Of a DNA stretch of 64,000 nucleotides, positions 33,002 through 41,134 are shown in pieces. Source of the stretch: an uncultured Methanosarcinales archaeon (GTDB lineage Archaea; Nanobdellota; Nanobdellia; Woesearchaeales; ARS49); contig CAYIEN010000005.1 of assembly GCA_964362535.1 (NCBI GenBank), forward strand, positions 1,320 to 65,319. Direction: 5' to 3'. Numbering within the stretch: the first letter of the stretch is position 1; each line of letters opens with the position of its first letter. The position numbers and the translations under genes are program-made. Under the pieces are notes generated by a model. The model searched no databases. It was given only the letters and a program-made list of their open reading frames with translations, and was not told the DNA's origin.

Positions 33002-34146
33002 TGGACGTCGCCCCAACGAGGTGGCATTCGTGGTGTTCTGGTCAATTATCTGAGGGTTGCAAGCGTTGTGTTGAGGGCAGAAAACTGGTTCTTTTCATTA
33101 CAGGCATGTGTGCGCAGAAGTGCTGGTATTGTCCGATTGGCGAAAATAAGTACGGGCATGATGTGGTGTTCGCGAACGAGTGGAAGCTCGATAATCCGAA
33201 CGATCCTGTTGAATTATTGGAAGAAGCAAAATTAACGAAAGCAACTGGCGCAGGAATTACTGGTGGCGATCCATTAGCGAGAGTTGACCGTTGCGTGCAA
33301 TACATCACGCTCCTCAAAAAAGAGTTTGGCAAGGACTTTCACATTCACTTGTACACTCCACTCAAGCTTGTCTCGAAAGAAAACCTCACAAAACTGTTCA
33401 AGGCAGGATTAGACGAAATCCGTTTCCACCCTGACCTTGACGACAAAACGTTGTGGAACAGAATTGACCTCGCAAAGCCTTTTTCGTGGACGGTTGGTTT
33501 GGAAATTCCCGCAATTCCCGGTTACGAAAAGCAAACGAAAGAGCTTATCGAATTCGCGCACAAGAAAGTGAAATTCATCAATCTCAACGAGTTGGAGCGT
33601 TCAGATACGCAAGCTGAACACTACACGCTCGAAAAGAAGGGTTTCAAGCAGAAGGACGAAATTAGTTACGGAGTGAAAGGCAGCAAGGACATGGCGCTCG
33701 CAATGATTGTGTTCGCAAAGAGTAAAGGTTTGCCAGCGCATTACTGCACGGCAAAATTAAAAGATAGTGTGCAGGTCAAACAAAGACTCCTCCTTAGAGC
33801 GGAAAGCACCGCCTTGTCCTATGATGAAAAAACAGAGGACGGCACGCTCCTCCGCGGCTGCATTTATCTCAGAGGTCTCGAGCCAGGTTTCGAAACAAAA
33901 GAACGTTTAGCAGCGATTCCAAAGGCAGAACGTCAGCGTTTGTTGGAAGACATGAAGTCTGCATTGATGAAGGACGGATTGCCGGAAAACAAAATCCATC
34001 TCGACGCGGCGCACGGACGCTTAATCGTTCCGAGACTCGTCATCCAAAAGAAAAAGAAAGTTCTCTGGAAAGACGGTGTTCCTGCGTTTGTGGAAGAATA
34101 CCCGACGGCTGACGCACTCATTGTTGACGTGCAGTTCGCGAAATAA
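33001..34146 (+). CDS. radical SAM protein
   Basis: 381 aa. CAQKCWYC (Cx3Cx2C) cluster motif near the N-terminus. Start overlaps the secE stop (TAATG). Confidence 0.75.
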   Translation: MDVAPTRWHSWCSGQLSEGCKRCVEGRKLVLFITGMCAQKCWYCPIGENKYGHDVVFANEWKLDNPNDPVELLEEAKLTKATGAGITGGDPLARVDRCVQYITLLKKEFGKDFHIHLYTPLKLVSKENLTKLFKAGLDEIRFHPDLDDKTLWNRIDLAKPFSWTVGLEIPAIPGYEKQTKELIEFAHKKVKFINLNELERSDTQAEHYTLEKKGFKQKDEISYGVKGSKDMALAMIVFAKSKGLPAHYCTAKLKDSVQVKQRLLLRAESTALSYDEKTEDGTLLRGCIYLRGLEPGFETKERLAAIPKAERQRLLEDMKSALMKDGLPENKIHLDAAHGRLIVPRLVIQKKKKVLWKDGVPAFVEEYPTADALIVDVQFAK

Positions 34147-34710
34147 TTACTCTTTCACCGCGACAATCCAGAACTTATAGCCACCGCCGAATTTCTCAAC
34201 CCGAAAGCCGACTTTTTGTAGTTCTGCAAAGAATTCTTGTTTGGTAAAAATGCTGGGGGCATGCATGAACAGGTGTTTGAAGAACGGGAACGGTTTGAGC
34301 GCGAGCTCTTCAATATACAGTCGGCCGTTTGGTTTCAAGACGCGATACATTTCGGAAACGGCTTTTTTCCAATTGGGGACGTGGTGGAAAGTTAAGAACG
34401 CAAAGCCTACGGCAAAAGTATTATTTTTGAACAATAGCGCAGACGCGTCTGCTTGTCGGAAGATGATGCGAGAGGTGGCGTGACATTTTGCAGTCAGAAT
34501 TTGAGCGTCATCAAAGTCTGTAGCGACAATACGAGCAGAGGGTAATTTATTCGCGATGAGTTTGGTGGTTGTGCCTTTACCGCATCCGATTTCGAGCACT
34601 TGGCCTTTGACGTCTTGCACTTCGCGCATGACTCGTCGTAATGACCATTTGCGCCAAATGTCAGAAACGCGGCTGTTCACCACGAGCGTCTCAATCCAGG
34701 ACATTTTCAT
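34147..34710 (-). CDS. class I SAM-dependent methyltransferase
   Basis: 187 aa. VLEIGCGKGTTT motif I, DFDDA, LKPNGRLYI. Confidence 0.8.
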   Translation of the reverse strand: MKMSWIETLVVNSRVSDIWRKWSLRRVMREVQDVKGQVLEIGCGKGTTTKLIANKLPSARIVATDFDDAQILTAKCHATSRIIFRQADASALLFKNNTFAVGFAFLTFHHVPNWKKAVSEMYRVLKPNGRLYIEELALKPFPFFKHLFMHAPSIFTKQEFFAELQKVGFRVEKFGGGYKFWIVAVKE

Positions 34711-34847
34711 AAATAAAAGAATAAAGTAGGTATATTTAACGATGTCTGCGAAGGCGTGCAGTATCCGACAGAAACCTTTATAAAGGACCCTTTGCGATTG
34801 AATACTATTCTTCTCCGCTTCGAACTTCGAGCAGAGAGTAACTCAAT

Positions 34848-35363
34848 ATGGCTGATGAAAAAAACGCACCGATGACAACGCACCTGTTTGCAGTCCGTAC
34901 GACGGCAAACCGTGAAGATCAAGTGCTGGACTTTTTGAGCAGCAACATCAAGAAAAGAAAATTAGAAGTTTATTCTATTGTCCGTCCGCACGGTATGCGT
35001 GGCTACATTTTCATTGAAGCAAAGGACAAGCAGTCTGCTGAAGAATCTATTTTCGGCGTTCCGTATGCACGAGGTCTTTTGCCCAAAGAAGTCGAATACA
35101 AAGAAATCGAGCACATGCTTGAACAAGTCAAGCACGAAGTCGATATCAGAAAGAGCGACATTGTCGAAATCATCGGCGGTGCGTTCAAGCGCGAACAGGC
35201 TAAGGTTACAAGAGTCGACAAGGCAAAGGAAGAGATTGTCGTCGAATTGCTCGAAGCTGCCGTTCCTATCCCTATCACGTTGAAGATTGACGCTGTCAAG
35301 GTTATCCGTCGAGAAACCGCCGGAGAAGAAGGCATCGGCAACAAGAAGGACGACGACGACTGA
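34848..35363 (+). CDS. spt5: transcription elongation factor Spt5 (archaeal NusG)
   Basis: NGN domain (LFAVRTTANRE), KOW (DIVEIIGGAFKREQAKVTRVD). Acidic tail KKDDDD. Confidence 0.85.
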   Translation: MADEKNAPMTTHLFAVRTTANREDQVLDFLSSNIKKRKLEVYSIVRPHGMRGYIFIEAKDKQSAEESIFGVPYARGLLPKEVEYKEIEHMLEQVKHEVDIRKSDIVEIIGGAFKREQAKVTRVDKAKEEIVVELLEAAVPIPITLKIDAVKVIRRETAGEEGIGNKKDDDD

Positions 35364-35410
35364 TTTCAAAGGAAAGCTTTAAAAGGACATCACAGGAAAA
35401 TCAAACTCAC

Positions 35411-36190
35411 ATGGCGAAACAAACGATTGAAGCGATGATTGAAGGCGGCAAAGCTAGCGCAGCTCCGCCGCTCGGTCCCGCTCTCGGTCCGGCTGGCGTC
35501 AACATCGGTCAGGTTATTTCTGAAATTAACAAGAAAACTGCGGACTTCAAGGGTATGCAGGTTCCTATCAAGATCATGGTTGCGGATGACAAGAGTTTCA
35601 CCATCACGGTTGGAACTCCTCCTGTTTCCGCACTTCTCAAGAAGGAAGCCAACCTCGAAAAGGGTTCTGGCAACCCGTTGGCGGACAAAGTAGCTGACTT
35701 GAAAATCGAACAAATTATCAAAGTTGCAAAGATGAAGACTGACTCGTTGCTCGGTAAAACAATGTTTGACCGTGTGAATGAAGTTATCGGCACGTGCAAC
35801 AGTATGGGCATTATGGTCGAAGGCAAGCAGGCTCGAGACATTACTGCTGATATTAAGGGTGGCGCGTTCAAGGACGAAATCACGGCTGAAAAGACCGAGT
35901 TGTCGGCCGAAGAACTCAAGCAGCTCGAAATCGAGCGAAAGAGACTCGCGGAAGATATCGAGAAGCGAAAGGTCGAACTCACGACGATGGCGAAGAGCAT
36001 CATCGAGGGTATGGCTGGCAAGCCTCGTGGTATGATCAAGGCAAAGCTTGTCGAAGCAAAGATTCCTGCTCTCATCATCGAAGAATTGTTGCCGGTCGAA
36101 TCGGCAGCACCCGCGGATGGCAAGCCTGGAGCTCCCGCAGCACCTGGCGCGAAAGCAGAAGCAAAGCCTGCAGCAGCGGCTAAGAAGTAA
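35411..36190 (+). CDS. rpl11: ribosomal protein uL11 with ~100-aa C-terminal extension
   Basis: GGKASAAPPLGPALGPAGVNIGQV and the rest of the uL11 fold in residues 1-~155. Followed by a coiled-coil-like segment and an A/P/K-rich tail. Confidence 0.9.
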   Translation: MAKQTIEAMIEGGKASAAPPLGPALGPAGVNIGQVISEINKKTADFKGMQVPIKIMVADDKSFTITVGTPPVSALLKKEANLEKGSGNPLADKVADLKIEQIIKVAKMKTDSLLGKTMFDRVNEVIGTCNSMGIMVEGKQARDITADIKGGAFKDEITAEKTELSAEELKQLEIERKRLAEDIEKRKVELTTMAKSIIEGMAGKPRGMIKAKLVEAKIPALIIEELLPVESAAPADGKPGAPAAPGAKAEAKPAAAAKK

Positions 36191-36200
36191 TTTTCTTTTT

Positions 36201-36902
36201 ATGGAAGTCTCGTTTAAGTATGAATCGCCAGACACATTACGCGTTCTCGTAAATGCACTTTCTGAAAATTCTGTTGAGATGAGCGTGGGATTAAAACCAG
36301 TGCTTCCCGAACAAATTTTTTCCGAAATATATAAGTTAACGCAAAAAATAGAAGTTATCAGAGATCAAATTCCGTGGAACGAGCAAGAGAAACCTATGCT
36401 GGAAGTATTATTGCGTCTCGGGGATATTGCTGAGGAGTACCAAATACTTCCGCTCACATCACTGCTTTGTGATTATTCTATCGGGAGGGGCAGACCTGAG
36501 CTCAAAAATGAAATGGTTCCAACGAATGAAAGCTCCAAAGTGTTCGCCGCGGCACATCGCGTGATGCCTCCTGCGCACATGAATGACCGTCGTCCGCTGA
36601 GTATTTATTTTCGCGAAGCGCGAGGAACAGACAACATTCAACTTATCAAAACTTCAGTTCTTGAACTGCCCAAAGAAAAATGGAGTGTATCAAGTGTATA
36701 TGTGGGTCTGAATCCCCGTGATTGGTCAAGTGAATATTATGGCGGCACTGATTATGATGCCCACTTGTCTGCAGGTAAGGGAAAAATTACGATTTCTGGC
36801 GATTGGAAAGAAGAAATGGTTGCACAGAAATACACTGAACAAGTTCAGAAAATGCTTGTTGGCGAACAGTTGCTTCTTGTAGCACCAGTCCAGAAGACCT
36901 AA
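36201..36902 (+). CDS. hypothetical protein
   Basis: Start at MEVSFKYESPD after the rpl11 stop. The longer track ORF overlaps rpl11. Confidence 0.45.
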   Translation: MEVSFKYESPDTLRVLVNALSENSVEMSVGLKPVLPEQIFSEIYKLTQKIEVIRDQIPWNEQEKPMLEVLLRLGDIAEEYQILPLTSLLCDYSIGRGRPELKNEMVPTNESSKVFAAAHRVMPPAHMNDRRPLSIYFREARGTDNIQLIKTSVLELPKEKWSVSSVYVGLNPRDWSSEYYGGTDYDAHLSAGKGKITISGDWKEEMVAQKYTEQVQKMLVGEQLLLVAPVQKT

Positions 36903-37084
36903 TTTTCCATCACTTTTCTCCGCAGTTGCTTCCCTTGCGTCTTCTCCCCCGCACGTCTGCACTCCCAGGCAGTCTTTGAATCGTTTTAGTCCGAAAGCGC
37001 AAGAACACAAAAAAGAATCTGAACGAACCACCATCCCCCCGTGGTTACACATACTTTTAAGCGCTGTTCAGTAAAGTGTGCTTT

Positions 37085-37591
37085 ATGTTAGACAAAGGGC
37101 TGTATCGAGAAGTAAGCGATCTATTAGACCTACAAGTTGATGATGACAAGATAGTGAGAATTCTCTTAGTGCAGGGTTTCACAACCGAACAAATCAAGCG
37201 TGCAGTAAAAGACATTAGAACAAAGCAAGCCCCCATTGCCGTAAAGGAAGCGCGTCACGAGCCTGTTTCTGAAACCATTGAAGCAGGAGCAAGTAAGAGA
37301 GTCGGCATGCTGAACAAGATGTTTGGCAAGGAAACGGAAGCCCAAATCGTGGCGGAAGAAACCCGAAAGTATGCGGAAGAGGAAGTGAAGATCAAGGCCG
37401 AAGAAAAGAAGCTGGTCGAGCACTCTGACGAAATCATGGCGCAGAACCAGAAGACTATTCCTGCCGATGTGAAGAAAGTTCTGAAAATGATGGACAGATT
37501 GCTTGGTGAAATGCCTGAAGCAGAAGTGAAGAAGTTTGCGAGATCTGAAGAATTTGATATTTACCGAGACGTTCTGAAGCGCTATTTGTAA
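37085..37591 (+). CDS. hypothetical protein
   Basis: ATG at 37085, preferred over the track's GTG at 37076. K/E-rich middle section. Confidence 0.45.
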   Translation: MLDKGLYREVSDLLDLQVDDDKIVRILLVQGFTTEQIKRAVKDIRTKQAPIAVKEARHEPVSETIEAGASKRVGMLNKMFGKETEAQIVAEETRKYAEEEVKIKAEEKKLVEHSDEIMAQNQKTIPADVKKVLKMMDRLLGEMPEAEVKKFARSEEFDIYRDVLKRYL

Positions 37592-37651
37592 GCCGTAATT
37601 CTGTGTTTTTTGAAGCATTCCTTTATAAACCCCTGTTTTGGCGCCTTATAT

Positions 37652-38293
37652 ATGGAATTCGGCACCAATGATGTATTAGAGGACTTATGCAAGACGATAG
37701 AGCAAGCGCCCTGGCATGTTTCTTCTCTTGAAAGAACATACAGGCAGATGCGCCGTGAAGACCGCTTTGATTTTTTTGATAACAGTCGTGGCCGAGTGGG
37801 TGAAGTTTGGCTGCACTCAACCTTGCAAGTTGCAGGCGTGCAAAACAAATTAATCGTTCCTGATGTTTTTCCGTACGATAAAGAGACCAAGGCAAGCAAA
37901 CTTGGCAACAAACCGTACCGCTCAATTTCACTCAAAGGCAAATCCTTGTTCGCGTTTACTGAATACGATGCTGTTCCGATGTGCGGCAATCTTCCCGTTG
38001 TGTGCGAAATGAAGATGGGTAAGAACATGACGAGCAACGTCAAAAAATCAACAAATCCTGACAGTGTCAGAACAAGACTCAACGTGCTCAAAGAATACTT
38101 TGCCAGCCCTGCACTCGGCTACGTGCTCATCATGCCTGCTGATTGGAAGCGTTTTGATTTCTCTGATTTGCAAAGCATTGGGGGCAAAGTTATTCTGCTT
38201 GACAAGTCAGCGGAAGAACTCCAAGTAATCAGCGACTTTGTCACGTGGCGTTTGCCGCAAACAGTTGCGCAGACAACACACAGTCACACGTGA
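37652..38293 (+). CDS. PD-(D/E)xK-like putative nuclease, paralog 1
   Basis: Start at MEFGTNDV, 23 nt after TTTATAAA. EYDAV-x8-VVCEMKMG fits D...ExK. Clear paralogy with the next gene. Confidence 0.45.
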   Translation: MEFGTNDVLEDLCKTIEQAPWHVSSLERTYRQMRREDRFDFFDNSRGRVGEVWLHSTLQVAGVQNKLIVPDVFPYDKETKASKLGNKPYRSISLKGKSLFAFTEYDAVPMCGNLPVVCEMKMGKNMTSNVKKSTNPDSVRTRLNVLKEYFASPALGYVLIMPADWKRFDFSDLQSIGGKVILLDKSAEELQVISDFVTWRLPQTVAQTTHSHT

Positions 38294-38298
38294 ACATA

Positions 38299-38955
38299 AT
38301 GAAATTTGCAAAAAATGAAATCTTGGAAGAGATGTGCAAAACCTTTCCCACGCTTCCTTGGGACGTTTCTTCCCTGCTGTCTATTTGTCGTGAACAATAT
38401 AAGATAAGACCGATAATGTTCAAGGATATCGATAGCGTAACGGGAAGAATTGCGGAAGCGTGGCTTAATGATTCCTTAAAGACTATTGCGCTGAAGAACC
38501 GAGAGATCGAACCGGACATTTTTCCTTATGATGTACATACTGACGAATTTGGCTCTACTCCTTGGCCATTACGGCACATCAGGTATGCATTTGGTATGGG
38601 GACAAAACATGCAGAATATGATGGGGTTATGAGTTGCGGCGATTTGCCAGTCATACTTGAGATTAAAACAGGGCAAAGAAAAAACTATACTTCACTGCGG
38701 AAAGTAGGTTTGCGAACTAATCATGTGTATGAAAAAGCAGAAGTGTTGAAAAATTATTTTGGAAGTGTCGAAGTGGGGTATGTGCTGATTTTGCCTGATG
38801 ATTGGAAAAGAAAAGAGTACGGCACATTGACTGAATTAGGGGTGCAGAAGGTTATTCTTGAAAAGACATCACTTGAACTGAGAACCGTATGCCATCAGGC
38901 GATAGCTGAGTTAGAAAAAGAAATATCCCTCAGGAATCTCAGCTGTAACCTTTAA
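38299..38955 (+). CDS. PD-(D/E)xK-like putative nuclease, paralog 2
   Basis: Start at MKFAKNEI. EYDGV-x8-VILEIKTG. Aligns with paralog 1 end to end (LEDLCKT/LEEMCKT, PWHVSSL/PWDVSSL, GYVLIMPADWKR/GYVLILPDDWKR). Confidence 0.45.
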   Translation: MKFAKNEILEEMCKTFPTLPWDVSSLLSICREQYKIRPIMFKDIDSVTGRIAEAWLNDSLKTIALKNREIEPDIFPYDVHTDEFGSTPWPLRHIRYAFGMGTKHAEYDGVMSCGDLPVILEIKTGQRKNYTSLRKVGLRTNHVYEKAEVLKNYFGSVEVGYVLILPDDWKRKEYGTLTELGVQKVILEKTSLELRTVCHQAIAELEKEISLRNLSCNL

Positions 38956-38958
38956 ATA
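38947..38958 (+). promoter_or_regulatory. BRE/TATA promoter of the KaiC-like gene, embedded in the end of the upstream CDS
   Basis: AACCTTTAAATA. TATA edge is 23 nt before the ATG at 38981. Confidence 0.5.
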
Positions 38959-38980
38959 CGCCTTCTACTCAGCAGGGTTC

Positions 38981-39823
38981 ATGAATAAAGAGGGGTTGTT
39001 AGCTAGAGCAGAAGCGTCTTTAGTGCAAGTAGAACAATTCTCAGGCAAATTTGAATCACGAACAGAAGCATTTGAAGACTTGCCAGAAGCAATCACCACA
39101 CTAGATGCGTTACGTTCATTGTTGAGAAGGCCGAACAAATCGCGAATTGTGCTTCCGGAAGGCAAAGTCTTGGTGGGCAAGCCCAATACGGAAAACGCAA
39201 CAAAAACAATTTTGCCCGAAATAAACGTGCCAGAAAAGAGTCTTGTGTTAGTCACGGGTAGTCCTGCGTCGGGAAAAACCATTCTTGGGGTCCAATTCTT
39301 AATGGAAGGCAGAAAGCAAAACGAAAGCGTTGTCTACATTTCGTTCGAAGAAAGGAAAGAAAACTTTTTCAAATACATGGCAAAGTTTGGCTGGGATCTC
39401 GACACTGCTGAACGGACAGGTTCGTTTGCGTTTGTGAGATACGAGCCTGAATCAGTGGCAAGATTCCTGGAAGACGCTCCTGCATTAGGAAAACACTATT
39501 CGCGAGTCTGCATTGACAGCCTCACTGCTTTGACAGTTCTGTGCAAAGACGAAATGACGGCGCGAGAAACGCTCGCCAGTGTCAATGCTGCCATTAAGTC
39601 ATGGCACGCCACAACAATGGTGATTGCGGAAGAAACCCCGCAGGCAGGCAAGAGTATGGTGACGTTGGAATCCGACGCTAGCATCGCCCTTTATAGCCTC
39701 AGAGATGGCCTCGTAAGGCAACGAATCAGTCATGTTTCTGCAGGCAAACAAAACGCATTAGTGCCGTTTAGCATCGGGAATGATGGGCTTTCTTTTGCAT
39801 TCGACGAAGCAATAAGAAGTTAA
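38981..39823 (+). CDS. KaiC/RecA-superfamily ATPase with ~85-aa N-terminal extension
   Basis: Walker A VTGSPASGKT, Walker B RVCIDSL, YISFEE block typical of KaiC-like ATPases. Confidence 0.7.
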   Translation: MNKEGLLARAEASLVQVEQFSGKFESRTEAFEDLPEAITTLDALRSLLRRPNKSRIVLPEGKVLVGKPNTENATKTILPEINVPEKSLVLVTGSPASGKTILGVQFLMEGRKQNESVVYISFEERKENFFKYMAKFGWDLDTAERTGSFAFVRYEPESVARFLEDAPALGKHYSRVCIDSLTALTVLCKDEMTARETLASVNAAIKSWHATTMVIAEETPQAGKSMVTLESDASIALYSLRDGLVRQRISHVSAGKQNALVPFSIGNDGLSFAFDEAIRS

Positions 39824-40077
39824 TACTTACATAATAAGAGTAGTCTTCTTCAGCAATCAATCAATGAACAACCAACAACATCCAATATCTATCAGTACAC
39901 AATACTGACAAAATAAGTATATAAACTCATTAATTCTCAAAAAAGAAGTAATTAATACATACATAATAAGTATTCTATATTTATCAACATATTGCACACT
40001 AACATCTAAACACACATAGTGAGTATCCACAACAACAAAATACTAAGCTTTATATATACTCATACTTACATAATAGG
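39821..40077. repeat. AT-rich non-coding region with three copies of ATAC(T/A)TACATAATA(A/G)G
   Basis: Copies at 39823-39838, 39955-39970 and 40062-40077. No credible ORF in the region. Confidence 0.5.
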
Positions 40078-40094
40078 AAAATTGAGGCACATTT

Positions 40095-40649
40095 GTGAGT
40101 AAACTGCATCCCGCAATCAAAGCAGAACACGCTGACTTCTTGCACAAATACGCCGCAAACGTAACGAAAGAAGAACTCTTAGACGCGTTCGTCAACCATC
40201 TCCAATCCGAGCACGCCCTCACCACAACCGAAATCAACCATCTTCTTTCCGAATCAAAGCACCAGCACGAAACGCTCTTACCAATTAACATTTTCAAAAC
40301 CGATGAACTCTCAGCCTTGGAAGCCATCGTAAAATACCTGAAAGAAAACAAGGAGCTTACGTTCCACAACATTGCCGTTTTGTTAAAGCGCGATGACAGA
40401 ACAATCTGGGCAACGTACGCAAAGTCAAGAACAAAGATGATCGCGCACTTTCACTTGATGCCGAGCAAACATGTTATTCCCGCTGGTTTGTTCGCTGAAA
40501 GAAAACTTTCCGTCCTAGAAACAATTGTTCATTACCTCAAGCACTCCATTAAACTCAACCTGAACGAAATTGCCGTTCTCCTGAACAGAGATGACCGCAC
40601 CATTTGGACCGTCTGGCACCGTGCTTCGAAGAAGGAGGTTCCGCAATGA
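40095..40649 (+). CDS. DNA-binding protein with two tandem HTH modules
   Basis: GTG start. Internal duplication LSALEAIVKYLKENKELTFHNIAVLLKRDDRTIWATYAKSRTK / LSVLETIVHYLKHSIKLNLNEIAVLLNRDDRTIWTVWHRASKK. Confidence 0.5.
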   Translation: MSKLHPAIKAEHADFLHKYAANVTKEELLDAFVNHLQSEHALTTTEINHLLSESKHQHETLLPINIFKTDELSALEAIVKYLKENKELTFHNIAVLLKRDDRTIWATYAKSRTKMIAHFHLMPSKHVIPAGLFAERKLSVLETIVHYLKHSIKLNLNEIAVLLNRDDRTIWTVWHRASKKEVPQ

Positions 40650-41134
40650 ACAATCTTCCGTGGTGGGAACAAGCGCTAGTATTGATGGGGTTCATCTTCT
40701 TGCTTGGAGGAATCTTCTGGCTGTCATCGGACGGTCCGGAAATCACAGGCATGTTCACGAAGGAAGTCAAAGTCCAAATGATTGACAAAACCATTAGCGA
40801 GCCGACAACGTTACAAATGGACTCAGGTGAACATTTGTTTTCGGTCAAAATCTGGGCAGCAATAGTTGGCGAAGGCGAAGCCACCGTCTGGCTTGTCAAC
40901 GAACGAGATGAACGATTGCTCGTGTTCACAAATGCGCAAAAGAAAGGTTTGGGAGGCATCACGAGTTTTGTTTCGTCAGAAATGGAAAATCCTGAACAGC
41001 AAAATTTGTGGGATGGCTATTGTGCAGATACTTGTATCATTCCAGGGTCATTTGACGCGAAGACATACCATTTGCTCATTGAAGTAGACCCCAATACACA
41101 GTTGAAAGTGCAGCGCGTGCAGGTGGAATCATGA
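40646..41134 (+). CDS. signal-anchored extracytoplasmic protein, hypothetical
   Basis: ATGA overlap with the upstream gene. GAAGGAGG SD. One N-terminal TM. Confidence 0.45.
   Translation: MNNLPWWEQALVLMGFIFLLGGIFWLSSDGPEITGMFTKEVKVQMIDKTISEPTTLQMDSGEHLFSVKIWAAIVGEGEATVWLVNERDERLLVFTNAQKKGLGGITSFVSSEMENPEQQNLWDGYCADTCIIPGSFDAKTYHLLIEVDPNTQLKVQRVQVES

Noticed and set aside
35390-36235. 281-aa minus-strand ORF, plus 35509-36123, opposite rpl11.
   Set aside because: The plus strand encodes an unmistakable uL11. The antisense translation is low-complexity (R/S/L/C-rich).
36726-37052. 108-aa minus-strand ORF in the 36903-37075 spacer, and the idea of an RNA gene there.
   Set aside because: The ORF has no SD or TATA and an odd composition (C/G-rich). 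I could not fit a tRNA, SRP RNA or RNase P RNA feature to the pyrimidine-rich spacer. It is most simply a 3' UTR plus the promoter (ACTTTTAAGC) of the next gene.
39824-40094. Replication origin (ORB-like repeats in an AT-rich region).
   Set aside because: No orc1/cdc6 or other replication gene is adjacent. The repeats are short and TATA-like, and one coincides with the promoter of the next gene. The origin idea cannot be excluded but has no positive support.
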